A stretch of 39,345 nt of DNA from a virus (IMGVR_UViG_3300027732_001882:1-39345); one strand, 5' to 3'; counted from the first letter of the stretch, positions 17,733 through 26,972 are shown. Made by a program: numbers and translations. The notes: generated from the sequence alone by a model not told the origin.

Positions 17733-18930
17733 TCTGCCCAGCTTCTCCAATCAGCCATGTGTTGGCTGCCAATTTAATTGGTCCAAGATTGTAGGTATGT
17801 GCCACTGGTCGCAGTCCGTCGGCATGATTCATACCCGCGGTTGCCTTTAAAAATGGCTTTAAATTATTTTTAACATAGTCAATGCCAGCATGCCAATTGC
17901 GCCAGGCCGCTGTGTCTTTGTAATGATCAATGAACCAACGATCAAACTCGCTGTACCAATCACTGATGCTCTTGTCTGCTTGATACCATGAATCATTCCA
18001 AGTTGTGTACAACAGATTTCGCAGTATGCGTTCGTGCATCAATCGGGTTATGGTAGCGGTCACGCGATGCTCAATCCAAAATTCCTGTTTTTCCGGAAAC
18101 GCTTCGAGGTAGCGTCTAATAATATGTCCTTGCTTGGCCAGCATACGCACACTTTCTGGTGCCCAATAGAAATATTCTACAGTACAGTTTTCATATTCTT
18201 TAATATGCTCTGCCACTGTGTTGATATTGGCACTACGATCATTGAATCGCATTAATAAATTGTTTTCTCGAATAACAACTCTGGGCTTTTCGACACCTGT
18301 AATTAAACAAATATTTTTGCCCTTGTCAAAATCACGCTTTACCTCATCAAAACTTAGGTAATTAAAACGGGTAATACCAATGGGGTTGAGACCTTCCTTT
18401 TGATTTAATACCCAGCTTTCATCTGCGGCTCCGAGACTTTCAAACAATGTGTCGCTAAGGTCAAAAATACGAATCTTGGTGCGTGGCATTTCGTTTCCAA
18501 TGGTGCGTAGGCGTGGCAACAGATGCAGTTGATGTTCACTTTCTGGCCCATTGTAGGGATTTGTACTGTTGGCATCAACTTTAATAAACTTTTCGCTGGC
18601 CTTGGTCATTGTATTGACTACAATTTCATCAAGCAATAGACCTTGCCTACGAAAGCTTTCGTAAATGTTGTTGCTGTCTGCTCCACCGCTGTAGCTTAAT
18701 ATAACATAGTCATACTTTTCACGAAGCTGTCTTGCACGAGCATCGTACAATTGATCCAATGTTTCTTCAGGTTCTACAGTCCAATTGTAGGCACCAAATA
18801 CATCATTGTTGAATACCCAGCGCACGGGCTGTCCAACTTGAGTACCGTAGATACATGCTTGTATTTTAGAATGAAAGTCTATGCCATTGCTGGTATAGTA
18901 TCCTAATTTTTTATTAAATGTTTTTTGCAT
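17722..18930 (-). CDS. PP-loop ATP pyrophosphatase-like protein
   Basis: LSYSGGADS; start placed at ATG 18930. Confidence 0.7.
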   Translation of the reverse strand: MQKTFNKKLGYYTSNGIDFHSKIQACIYGTQVGQPVRWVFNNDVFGAYNWTVEPEETLDQLYDARARQLREKYDYVILSYSGGADSNNIYESFRRQGLLLDEIVVNTMTKASEKFIKVDANSTNPYNGPESEHQLHLLPRLRTIGNEMPRTKIRIFDLSDTLFESLGAADESWVLNQKEGLNPIGITRFNYLSFDEVKRDFDKGKNICLITGVEKPRVVIRENNLLMRFNDRSANINTVAEHIKEYENCTVEYFYWAPESVRMLAKQGHIIRRYLEAFPEKQEFWIEHRVTATITRLMHERILRNLLYTTWNDSWYQADKSISDWYSEFDRWFIDHYKDTAAWRNWHAGIDYVKNNLKPFLKATAGMNHADGLRPVAHTYNLGPIKLAANTWLIGEAGQNVK

Positions 18931-19846
18931 TTTGTATATATGTCTGCGTATGTTTAATGTTTCGGCCAGCGCCATAATCGCACATCAGCTCTAGGTGTTG
19001 GTCCAGATCAATGAAAAGAACTTGAGACAAATAGTCGTGTACTACCTTGGGGTTAAACACATATTCAATTTCTTTTTGCACAGCAAATTTTGGAAAATAT
19101 TCCAATTCGTTGCCCCAGTACTTGCCAAATTGTATGGGCTTGATATACAAGCCCCAGCCCCAGATGATCCATCTGGGTACCTTACCAGTCTTGGCGTCAA
19201 CTTGCCCGTTCTCTTTGATGTATGGAAATGCATGTCTATATGCCACTGCAATGTCGTCAATCAACATGCTGATAGCAAATTCCTGATGCTTACTTCTTCT
19301 ATCTAAATGCACTGTTGGATTTTTACGATTGGCATGGAACCAAGCAGATGTCATGTCAATTGCATTGTAGCTTTCCATCATTTGCCATGCTTGATCTTTT
19401 ACAAATAGGTCAGGATTTTCTGGACCTTCTAACACATGGCAACTTGAATCAAGCTGATCCAAAAATACAGTTTTGATATGGTGTTGTGGTGGTATCTTTG
19501 TTGCCGATGCCAGCTGTTCTATTTCGTCTTTTATTGCCATTGGGTCAATGTCAATGATGTTGCATTTAAAATTGTATTTTTTCTCCAGGATTTTGATGTT
19601 TTCAAATTCAGAATCGTTAAATCCAGGATGATACATAAATGCACATTCATGTGGCAAGCCCTGTTGCACAAAGCTGTGCAGTACAACTTGACTGTCCAAT
19701 CCACTGCTCAAACTGATAATTGTTTTTCTCTCGCCGGCAATACGCTGACAGGCCAAATCTAGTTCCTGCCGCATGTTTCCAATGGGTCTGGGTAAACTGG
19801 TGTATTCAATCCAATACTTGCTGTTTTCGTCTAGACCATATATCAT
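18914..19846 (-). CDS. PP-loop ATP pyrophosphatase-like protein
   Basis: ISLSSGLDS. Confidence 0.7.
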   Translation of the reverse strand: MIYGLDENSKYWIEYTSLPRPIGNMRQELDLACQRIAGERKTIISLSSGLDSQVVLHSFVQQGLPHECAFMYHPGFNDSEFENIKILEKKYNFKCNIIDIDPMAIKDEIEQLASATKIPPQHHIKTVFLDQLDSSCHVLEGPENPDLFVKDQAWQMMESYNAIDMTSAWFHANRKNPTVHLDRRSKHQEFAISMLIDDIAVAYRHAFPYIKENGQVDAKTGKVPRWIIWGWGLYIKPIQFGKYWGNELEYFPKFAVQKEIEYVFNPKVVHDYLSQVLFIDLDQHLELMCDYGAGRNIKHTQTYIQNAKNI

Positions 19847-19854
19847 GCACTTAC

Positions 19855-20034
19855 TTACCAGTCACCGTTGTCAACAACTAGCCTGACTGACAGCATGAGT
19901 ATTTGTACTACAACTTCTCGACGACTGGGGCACGGCCATTCAGACTTGGTTGGATCAACGCAGTACGAAATGCGCCAATGGAATGGGTTGAAAATTAGTG
20001 TTATCCATATGCCACTGTATCTGAACCAATCCAT
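19855..20034 (-). CDS. hypothetical protein
   Basis: MDWFRYSG..., TAATG coupling to the upstream gene. Confidence 0.6.
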   Translation of the reverse strand: MDWFRYSGIWITLIFNPFHWRISYCVDPTKSEWPCPSRREVVVQILMLSVRLVVDNGDW

Positions 20035-20552
20035 TAAATGTCCCCTTCTTGCCTGGGCATTATAAAGCCCCATTCATTGACAGTTCCGTGTACATCGTAG
20101 GACTTTTCTTCGCTGTCGTAAGTCCAGCCCAGCTTTCGCATCATTTTATGCTTGACCAATAAGTTAGGGATACGAAAACGCTCGCAATCTGCAAAGCCCA
20201 TCATGACACCAACTTCTGCTACTGCTCCACTACGGCAAACACCGGCATGGCAATGTACAACAACATTCATTCGATTTTCCCAGGCATGTTGCAACAAGCG
20301 CACAAGCTCTGCGGCCTGTTCATCCGTGATGGCAAACTCACTCATGTCAATGGTTCTACCATCACCTGTGTTGGTCATGCCATCTTCTTCAATGTCCAAA
20401 AATGTAAATTTATGTACTTCTTTGAACGCATGACGGGGCGCAGGAAACGCCATGTCATGGTCAGATATTTGAATCAACATGCTGTTGACGCCGCAATCAT
20501 GATGGCGGCCCGTTGCTACATTTTCTAAAGGTATGTTTTCAATCCAAGGCAT
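20034..20552 (-). CDS. tyrosine/dual-specificity phosphatase-like protein
   Basis: VHCHAGVCRS (CX5R). Confidence 0.85.
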   Translation of the reverse strand: MPWIENIPLENVATGRHHDCGVNSMLIQISDHDMAFPAPRHAFKEVHKFTFLDIEEDGMTNTGDGRTIDMSEFAITDEQAAELVRLLQHAWENRMNVVVHCHAGVCRSGAVAEVGVMMGFADCERFRIPNLLVKHKMMRKLGWTYDSEEKSYDVHGTVNEWGFIMPRQEGDI

Positions 20553-20576
20553 GTGTATATTATATACGATTTTAAG

Positions 20577-22085
20577 TTATAGAGCAAGCATTTTTTCTAC
20601 ATACGCTTTGACCCATAATTCTGCTTTCTGAATTAAATCTAAATCATCTACCATCTTTTTAGAATTTTCTTTGCTGGAAAAGCTTTGTTCGGTTACACCT
20701 TCATACTGTAAAAGTCCTAACAATGTCCAAGATCCATGCCGTGCGTTGCTTGGATCTGTCATTGGGCGCAACACCTGTGCTGTAAATGCTTCGGCCTCAG
20801 GCTCAGTCCAATAATCAGTTTTCCAATGGTAGCCACCAATGACAGCTTGCCCATTTGGGACAAATTTATATCCATATTTAGGTGCATCTTTTTCAAATTC
20901 GCTTGAATTTCGACCAGGTGTTCCATATCGAAGACCCAATGGATGCCAGGCTATGTTATAAAGATCATTGTCAATGAACCATTTTGCAGAATCTGTCAAT
21001 GATTCTCTTGTGTCCCCAGGTAACCCAACAATCATACTAATTGTTTGTTTTACTTGTTGTTTCCAGATATTATGATATAACTCTGGAATATAGGTCCGGG
21101 CTTGCTTGCCGCTCCAGCCTTTGCCAATGGTCATTGATGCCGATTCGCCCAGGCTTTCTATTCCGTGAAAACCAGTCAGCAGTCCTGATTCTTGTAGCAT
21201 GTATGGAACATCCGGGTATCTATCTAATAAATCTGCTCTGAGGTAACTGGTAAATTTAATCTTAAAGGGCAGGCTGACAACCATGTCGTGCCATGCTTTC
21301 ATTTTAAATTCAGTATCGTTAAATGTGTCACAAATGATGTAGTAGTTTGTTGTCTGCCACTTTTCATAATTGTGCATTAGTTCGTCTTTTATTAATTCAA
21401 AATCTCGCAGATAATCAAGTTTGCCTCGGCCTAACAGCAAGTGGTTACAAAATTTGCATTTAAAAATACAGCCTCGGCTGACCTCCAATGGCAATGTCTC
21501 ATGGGGCATAATTGCATCAGTGTCATCAAATTTAAACACATTGGTTTCAATGTTAAATCGTTCTATCTTGGGCTTTTTAAAACATAGAATGCCTTTTCCT
21601 GACCATATTTCGTGACTAAAAGGTGGCATTAATGCAATGTTAGATTCTTTTATTGAGCGTATGTAATCTACAAAGGTGTCTTCAGAATATTCTTCAAATA
21701 TTGCGTCAATCTCATTGAGAAAGTGACCTGGTACTGATTGTCTAAATTGTCGAGTGTACGATCCGCCTAGTACAATCTTTACCTTGGGATATTTCTTTGC
21801 AATTCTTTCAACTGTTAAAAGCAAATGTGAAGGGACCGGTGGAACTCCGGGTGTAGGATCTTTGTATAAAAATGTGGTACTGATTCCAAGACAAAGTGTT
21901 TCACTGGTTATAAACTTATCAAGTAGTTTTGTCAAAGCTTCATCGTCGATCCATCTGATATGATCAATTACCTGTGTAGATATACCAATTTCTCTGAGTG
22001 CATGTGCTAACTTATAAGGACCCAGCGTTCTATAAACTGTAAAGTCATTGATTCTTGGGCCTGTGTTTAATAATACTACTTGCAT
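20577..22085 (-). CDS. B12-binding-domain radical SAM protein
   Basis: SRGCIFKCKFC, DTFN, GIES and IVGLPGDT. Confidence 0.9.
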   Translation of the reverse strand: MQVVLLNTGPRINDFTVYRTLGPYKLAHALREIGISTQVIDHIRWIDDEALTKLLDKFITSETLCLGISTTFLYKDPTPGVPPVPSHLLLTVERIAKKYPKVKIVLGGSYTRQFRQSVPGHFLNEIDAIFEEYSEDTFVDYIRSIKESNIALMPPFSHEIWSGKGILCFKKPKIERFNIETNVFKFDDTDAIMPHETLPLEVSRGCIFKCKFCNHLLLGRGKLDYLRDFELIKDELMHNYEKWQTTNYYIICDTFNDTEFKMKAWHDMVVSLPFKIKFTSYLRADLLDRYPDVPYMLQESGLLTGFHGIESLGESASMTIGKGWSGKQARTYIPELYHNIWKQQVKQTISMIVGLPGDTRESLTDSAKWFIDNDLYNIAWHPLGLRYGTPGRNSSEFEKDAPKYGYKFVPNGQAVIGGYHWKTDYWTEPEAEAFTAQVLRPMTDPSNARHGSWTLLGLLQYEGVTEQSFSSKENSKKMVDDLDLIQKAELWVKAYVEKMLAL

Positions 22086-22094
22086 TGCAATCTC

Positions 22095-22991
22095 CTATTG
22101 GTCATACCATTTTTTCCTAGACTTGGCCAGCAATGCTTTCTCAGCATGTTCTCTCGAGTACCCTGCATCAAATTGATAGTCATCATCAATTGCCACCACA
22201 TTTGTTTTATCTATTAGATTCCATAATTCGTTGGTTGGAATTCCTGCCACTCGTACTTGTCGGCGTCGACTGGTACAGATACCAACACCGTGCATAAAAT
22301 AATCATTGGAAAGGTATGCGGCATCGTTTGCTTTATAACAATTGACTGCATCTTTTCCATCCAGTGACCAATACAACGGTGAGCCGCCGTCACTGATGTT
22401 TAGTACTAACACAATAAATCCCTTCTTAAATAGCCTACTGCCATCGCCGCTTGGGAATGAATTATATAAGCCTTTCATATCTCGGTGAATGATAGAAAAC
22501 CCGCCTGGTTCAATGCTTACACAATGTATGCTATTAATCTTTTTAAATGGAAGTGTTTGAATCCACTTCCATAGTTGCATGTCTCGAAATTGTTCTTTAC
22601 AATGAAAGTTTAGATCTAAAGTTTCATTTCTGAAACTTGGGCCACCGTGAATGCCAAACTTGACCAACAGTGGATCAACAACAGTTTCATTTGCTACTTC
22701 AGTGCAAGCCATCAACTGTACCATTGACCATCCTGGGTGATCTCTTTTGAAGTATTGCATAGATTCAGCATCACCTTGTTGCATGTATATGTCACCTCTA
22801 TTGTACAATTCCGGCGGTATCATCCCCCATACTTTGTTTAAGGCAGCGGTAGGCCCAACAGACGTTAAGTTATTGGTAATTTCAAGTCCGTGCGGTAATA
22901 TTAACTCGTCATACTCTTTGACAAAGAGTTCACGATCATATTCAAGGTTTAACCTGGCATACGCAATGTTTGAAAATTTATTTGTTGTCAT
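22095..22991 (-). CDS. HxD...H oxygenase-like protein, tandem paralogue B
   Basis: IHRD...LNIS...FMHGV...RRRQVRV. Confidence 0.65.
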   Translation of the reverse strand: MTTNKFSNIAYARLNLEYDRELFVKEYDELILPHGLEITNNLTSVGPTAALNKVWGMIPPELYNRGDIYMQQGDAESMQYFKRDHPGWSMVQLMACTEVANETVVDPLLVKFGIHGGPSFRNETLDLNFHCKEQFRDMQLWKWIQTLPFKKINSIHCVSIEPGGFSIIHRDMKGLYNSFPSGDGSRLFKKGFIVLVLNISDGGSPLYWSLDGKDAVNCYKANDAAYLSNDYFMHGVGICTSRRRQVRVAGIPTNELWNLIDKTNVVAIDDDYQFDAGYSREHAEKALLAKSRKKWYDQ

Positions 22992-23856
22992 TTTTTGGTA
23001 AAAACTCAATGCCAAAGCCACCGTTATATTGATAGTTGTCTGGCAGTGTAATCATGCCAGATGATTCTAGTAGATTCCATAGCTCTGGCTTTGGTTTACC
23101 CATGACTCGGACCTGGCGGCGTCGGCTGGTCATTAATGGAACTGCATGTAAAAAGTAATCGTTTGTCAAATAAACTTGATCGTCTGATTGTTGCGGATCT
23201 AATACTCCTGGGCCATCCAAGCACCACCACAATGGACCGCCACCATTGCTAATATTCAGAGTAATAATGACATATCCATTTTTATAGACGCGATTATCCT
23301 GGTTGCTTCCCAGGCCCTGGTTGCCACCACTGTATAACCCTTTTACATCTCGATGTATTGTTGCAAGACCACCTGGTTCGATACTGACACAATGTATACT
23401 TTTAATTTCCTGCAAAGGAATATTCTCAATAATCCATTTGTATATTTGCAAGTCAGCAAAGTATGGTTTGATTAAAAATTTATATTTTGGATCGAGTGTT
23501 TCATTGCGGAGACTGGGGCCTCCTTGCTTGGAAAATCGTAATAACAATGGGTCAGTTATTTCTGTTATATCCAATCCCATCAATTGTACCATCATCCACT
23601 GCGGGCGTTGTTGTTTTATGTATTTTAAGGTTGGTGCAGGGCCCGGTTGAACCCACACATCTGCTTTAATGTATTCGTCTGGAGGAACCATGCCCCAGTA
23701 ATTATTAAGTGTGGCAGTTGTCTTTAAAGTATTGGCACTATTGCAAATGGGAATTCCATGTGGCAGTATGTGCTGGTCGTATTCGGTGGCAAATAATTCA
23801 GAATCAAAGTTTAAATTGACTTTGGCATAGGCTAGATTGGTAAAGTCTCTATTCAT
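22978..23856 (-). CDS. HxD...H oxygenase-like protein, tandem paralogue A
   Basis: IHRD...LNIS...FLHAV...RRRQVRV; clearly alignable with paralogue B. Confidence 0.65.
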   Translation of the reverse strand: MNRDFTNLAYAKVNLNFDSELFATEYDQHILPHGIPICNSANTLKTTATLNNYWGMVPPDEYIKADVWVQPGPAPTLKYIKQQRPQWMMVQLMGLDITEITDPLLLRFSKQGGPSLRNETLDPKYKFLIKPYFADLQIYKWIIENIPLQEIKSIHCVSIEPGGLATIHRDVKGLYSGGNQGLGSNQDNRVYKNGYVIITLNISNGGGPLWWCLDGPGVLDPQQSDDQVYLTNDYFLHAVPLMTSRRRQVRVMGKPKPELWNLLESSGMITLPDNYQYNGGFGIEFLPKNDNK

Positions 23857-23878
23857 ACCAATACTTATGTTAAACTTT

Positions 23879-23952
23879 TGGAGCGGAATGTCAGAATCGA
23901 ACTGACGACAACAGATTGGAAATCTGTAGTTTTACCATTAAACTAATCCCGC
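23879..23952 (-). tRNA. tRNA-Gly(TCC)
   Basis: Loop TTTCCAA, U73, CCA. Confidence 0.93.
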
Positions 23953-24287
23953 ACTTTATAGAGGCCGTCTGTGACGCTTGAATTCGCGGTAGCCCTGCTC
24001 TTCATGGCCGGTCCTTCTATTGACTAGTATTGAGAAGTTTTTCGGTGTTCCACTGTAGCTACTCAAACGGCTTTTATAAAGTGTCCGGCTACTCACACCA
24101 CATGAGCCCCGGACTGAGCGGTTACTCTGTCCGTAACATTTATTCTTATGGGAAGGTGTTAAACCTCACCTAATGCGTCTCCGCCACTCCTCTACGGATG
24201 ACGGATGGCCAATGCACTACACGCCAAGCACTCTTTATGGTGACTGCCCCACCCCCTTTGTATAACGGGCAAGGGCGCCCGGGGTAC
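23952..24287 (-). ncRNA. candidate large structured RNA between tRNA-Pro and tRNA-Gly
   Basis: About 335 nt, non-coding and GC-rich; long stem closing 23952-24083; CCCCGG/CCGGGG long-range pair. Confidence 0.55.
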
Positions 24288-24288
24288 T

Positions 24289-24366
24289 TGGTCGGAGTAC
24301 TAGGATTCGAACCTAGGACCCCCGCGTCCCAAACGCGGTGCGCTAACCAGACTGCGCTACACTCCG
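24289..24366 (-). tRNA. tRNA-Pro(TGG)
   Basis: Loop TTTGGGA, CCA. Confidence 0.94.
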
Positions 24367-24371
24367 ATAAC

Positions 24372-24446
24372 TGGTTGCAGGGGATGGATTCGAACCACCG
24401 ATCTTCAGCTTATGAGACTGACGAGTTGCCACTTCTCTACCCCGCG
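24372..24446 (-). tRNA. tRNA-fMet-like (CAT)
   Basis: CGCGGGG start, C1:A72 mismatch, loop CTCATAA. Confidence 0.88.
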
Positions 24447-24465
24447 ATAACTTACTAACTTAAAT

Positions 24466-24541
24466 TGGTGCCCCCACCATGAATCGAACACGGGACAACC
24501 GCATTACAAGTGCGGTGCTCTACCAGCTGAGCTATAAGGGC
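24466..24541 (-). tRNA. tRNA-Thr(TGT)
   Basis: Loop CTTGTAA, CCA. Confidence 0.93.
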
Positions 24542-24562
24542 GTTGATCTTACTTACATTATT

Positions 24563-24638
24563 TGGTACATCGTGACGGGCTCGAACCGCCGACAGCCTGC
24601 GTGTAAAGCAGGAACTCTACCAACTGAGTTAACGATGC
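24563..24638 (-). tRNA. tRNA-Val(TAC)
   Basis: Loop TTTACAC, CCA. Confidence 0.93.
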
Positions 24639-25069
24639 AAATATTCGTAGTTTGTTGTTTCTTCATTCTCTCTAAAAATAATAGCACCGTTCTTGGTATG
24701 GAACCGCTTGGCCATTTCTGTTTTAGGACTCAGTGTAACAAACTTTGTTATACTTGGTTTATTCTCCTTGATGTAGTCAACTGCATCAAAGATTAACTGA
24801 CGGCCTGCGCCAGGTTTATAACTCCAAATTGTATAAAAAACTGCTGTGTCTGGTTCTTCACTTGAAGTAAACAAATCAGATTCTGATTCAGGAATACTGT
24901 TTTGATAACTTACACATGTGATTGCACGGACTGAGTCGTCATCATTTTTTAGTACAAAAATTTCTCTGTTGTCACCCACGCGGTCATTTGCAGGGATGTG
25001 TGGGCGTACTGGGTCTTGACTGATCAAGTCCAGTATATTTTCTCCAAGTGTTTGAATCAAGTGCAACAT
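24629..25069 (-). CDS. GNAT-fold-like conserved phage protein
   Basis: AVFYTIWSY..GAGR..FVTLSP..RFH..NGA. Confidence 0.7.
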   Translation of the reverse strand: MLHLIQTLGENILDLISQDPVRPHIPANDRVGDNREIFVLKNDDDSVRAITCVSYQNSIPESESDLFTSSEEPDTAVFYTIWSYKPGAGRQLIFDAVDYIKENKPSITKFVTLSPKTEMAKRFHTKNGAIIFRENEETTNYEYLHR

Positions 25070-25077
25070 AATCTTAC

Positions 25078-25248
25078 TTAGCCGCCTTGGTCACTGTCGG
25101 CAGGCAAATTGCCTGGAGGCTTGTCAATTTCTTTTTGGTCTTCGGCGTTGTTTGATTTTTTATCAAAAATTTTATCCCAATTGTCTGAGTAAGTTTTTGA
25201 ATCAACGCTGTAAGGCCTTGGGTTATCGCCCTTACCAGCTTCGTGCAT
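25078..25248 (-). CDS. 56-aa small protein (GKGxxPRP...NWDxIF type)
   Basis: AGGA RBS. MHEAGKGDNPRPYSVDSKTYSDNWDKIFDKK... Confidence 0.65.
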   Translation of the reverse strand: MHEAGKGDNPRPYSVDSKTYSDNWDKIFDKKSNNAEDQKEIDKPPGNLPADSDQGG

Positions 25249-25269
25249 ACTAACTTTCCTTTATAATAA

Positions 25270-25345
25270 TGGTGGAGGTGACAAGGATCGAACTTGCGAC
25301 ATCCAGCTTGCAAAGCTGGCGCTCTCCCAACTGAGCTACACCCCC
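25270..25345 (-). tRNA. tRNA-Ala(TGC)
   Basis: G3-U70, loop TTTGCAA, CCA. Confidence 0.95.
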
Positions 25346-25363
25346 AAAAATTTTATGATTTGC

Positions 25364-25451
25364 ACCATAGAAAAACACACTCAAGTCCGCGGCACGGAAG
25401 GCACTATACCCGCGATGGTCTATGACCAGGCCTAGTGTGTTTATCTATGGT
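25364..25451 (-). ncRNA. candidate stem-closed small RNA B
   Basis: 18-bp terminal stem (1 mismatch) enclosing two hairpins. Confidence 0.55.
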
Positions 25452-25452
25452 T

Positions 25453-25560
25453 AGCATATTGAAACACACTATACAACAGGTTTAGGTCTGCTTCTGTATC
25501 CTGTTACGGCCGAGTATGAAGTTATCTCTGGACCTATGCCGTAATGTGTTTTAATATGCT
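25453..25560 (-). ncRNA. candidate stem-closed small RNA C
   Basis: 18-bp terminal stem enclosing two hairpins with complementary loops. Confidence 0.55.
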
Positions 25561-25561
25561 C

Positions 25562-25755
25562 TGCGAACCTCGGTGGTAATTGTACCGTATCAAGCGCCAG
25601 GAACCCCCAACACCATCACACACGGCTTCCACCCACTTCCCGACAGGTTCCGTTAACGCATTGCCAGCGGCCTTTTGGTTCGAAGACTACCACCCGTACT
25701 TGTCACAGTACTTCTCATCGTGTGGGTCACACTATCCGACGACACTCGGAACGTC
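25562..25755 (-). ncRNA. candidate structured RNA E
   Basis: GC-rich and non-coding; CACACG/CGTGTG, GGTGGTAGT/ATTACCACC and GAACC/GGTTC pairings. Confidence 0.5.
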
Positions 25756-25831
25756 TGGTTGCGGGGGAAGGATTCGAACCTCCGTCTCCTAGGTTATGAG
25801 CCTAGTAGTCTGGCCACTGACGTACCCCGCG
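25756..25831 (-). tRNA. tRNA-fMet-like (CAT), second copy
   Basis: CGCGGGG start, C1:A72, loop CTCATAA. Confidence 0.88.
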
Positions 25832-25836
25832 ATATA

Positions 25837-26061
25837 CTATCGAACTTTTCGTATTCCTTCGTAACCTAACTTGCCATTTTGTACTTCAAGCAATGCAGTT
25901 ACTGGTGTATGAAGATGTTCTGTGCGAACACTTTCTCTATTGTTTTGACTAATTTCTCTTGCTCTGGCCGCGGCAATTAAAACCAAGTCAAATCGATTGC
26001 CTCCAACATTTTGTACACATTGATCTGTATCAATGTCAACTCCTCGACTGATGTATGTCAT
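25837..26061 (-). CDS. rpoZ: RNA polymerase omega subunit-like protein
   Basis: NRFDLVLIAAARAREI...PVTALLEV..G; start at ATG 26061. Confidence 0.85.
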   Translation of the reverse strand: MTYISRGVDIDTDQCVQNVGGNRFDLVLIAAARAREISQNNRESVRTEHLHTPVTALLEVQNGKLGYEGIRKVR

Positions 26062-26099
26062 AATTGCCTTTGTAAAAGTGAAAGAAACTAGCGTTTTCT

Positions 26100-26175
26100 T
26101 GGCTCCACCTCCTGGGCTCGAACCAGGGACCAAATGATTAACAGTCATCTACTCTACCAACTGAGCTAAGGCGGA
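26100..26175 (-). tRNA. tRNA-Asn(GTT)
   Basis: Loop CTGTTAA, G73, CCA. Confidence 0.95.
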
Positions 26176-26188
26176 AAATAATTGAATC

Positions 26189-26384
26189 TGTAAGTAGTTG
26201 CCCCATCATTATAGCAACCATTCACCCGTGTAATAAATCCGGACGGGATTCGGTAAGTTACTTGGGATACCGGTCCAGTTTAGTCGCCTCAATGGACCTA
26301 GTGGGTGTCGAACCCATGACCTTCTACTGTTTCGGTCCTTCGAAGAAACCTAGACAGCGTGACTTTCTCTTGCTAACACTTACA
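26189..26384 (-). ncRNA. candidate structured RNA F
   Basis: TGTAAGT/ACTTACA closing stem; internal T-arm-like TGGGTTCGACACCCA. Confidence 0.45.
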
Positions 26385-26389
26385 AAACT

Positions 26390-26464
26390 TGGCGGTCTGT
26401 GGGGGAATCGAACCCCCGTAAGTGGATAGACAATCCACAGTAATAACCTCTATACGAACAGACC
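26390..26464 (-). tRNA. tRNA-Asp(GTC)
   Basis: GTGGA-TTGTCTA-TCCAC, G73, CCA. Confidence 0.9.
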
Positions 26465-26471
26465 TAATTTC

Positions 26472-26556
26472 TGGTGCGACTGGCCGGAATCGAACCGGCA
26501 TGCTGTTAAGCGAGAGATTTTAAGTCTCTTGTGTCTACCGATTTCACCACAGTCGC
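26472..26556 (-). tRNA. tRNA-Leu(TAA)
   Basis: Loop CTTAAAA, long V-arm, CCA. Confidence 0.94.
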
Positions 26557-26559
26557 AAT

Positions 26560-26776
26560 ACCATATGTAAAATTACAAAGGAACTCCACTTACCTTGCAG
26601 GACCGTCTCCTGCTACTTCTGCTTCGTCATTACGCTCTAGTAAATCCTACCGTGCCATTTGGTGATGTTGCCATCCCTCAGCTTTCATGTACACTACATT
26701 GAGCCAGCCCGTCAGCTGGATATACTCAATACAGGTACCTAGCAGTACTAGTAACCTTTATAACTTTACATATGGT
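26560..26776 (-). ncRNA. candidate stem-closed RNA D
   Basis: 22-bp terminal stem ACCATATGTAAAGTTATAAAGG/CCTTTGTAATTTTACATATGGT, starting in the ACCA of tRNA-Glu. Confidence 0.55.
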
Positions 26777-26847
26777 ACTCGATAGCGGAGTCGAACCGCT
26801 CTTGCCTGGATGAAAACCAGATGTCCTAACCGATAGACGAATCGAGC
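26773..26847 (-). tRNA. tRNA-Glu(TTC)
   Basis: Loop TTTTCAT, CCA. Confidence 0.92.
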
Positions 26848-26863
26848 ACAAATGCCACCAAAT

Positions 26864-26894
26864 TTTTAAAGAACAATCACTTCAACTTTCGCTG
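26864..26894 (-). promoter_or_regulatory. rrn-like boxB-boxA antitermination signal
   Basis: CAGC-GAAA-GTTG hairpin, then TGTTCTTTAAAA (E. coli rrn boxA is TGCTCTTTAACA). Confidence 0.6.
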
Positions 26895-26906
26895 TAGTGT
26901 TTGGTT

Positions 26907-26972
26907 ATTATATACGGACAATGCCGTAATGTCAACCGTTTTCTAACTTTCTTTTGTTGTATTTCTACAACA
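26907..26972 (-). promoter_or_regulatory. consensus sigma70 promoter with palindromic operator
   Basis: TTGACA-N17-TATAAT (26907-26935); palindrome at 26955-26972. Confidence 0.8.
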
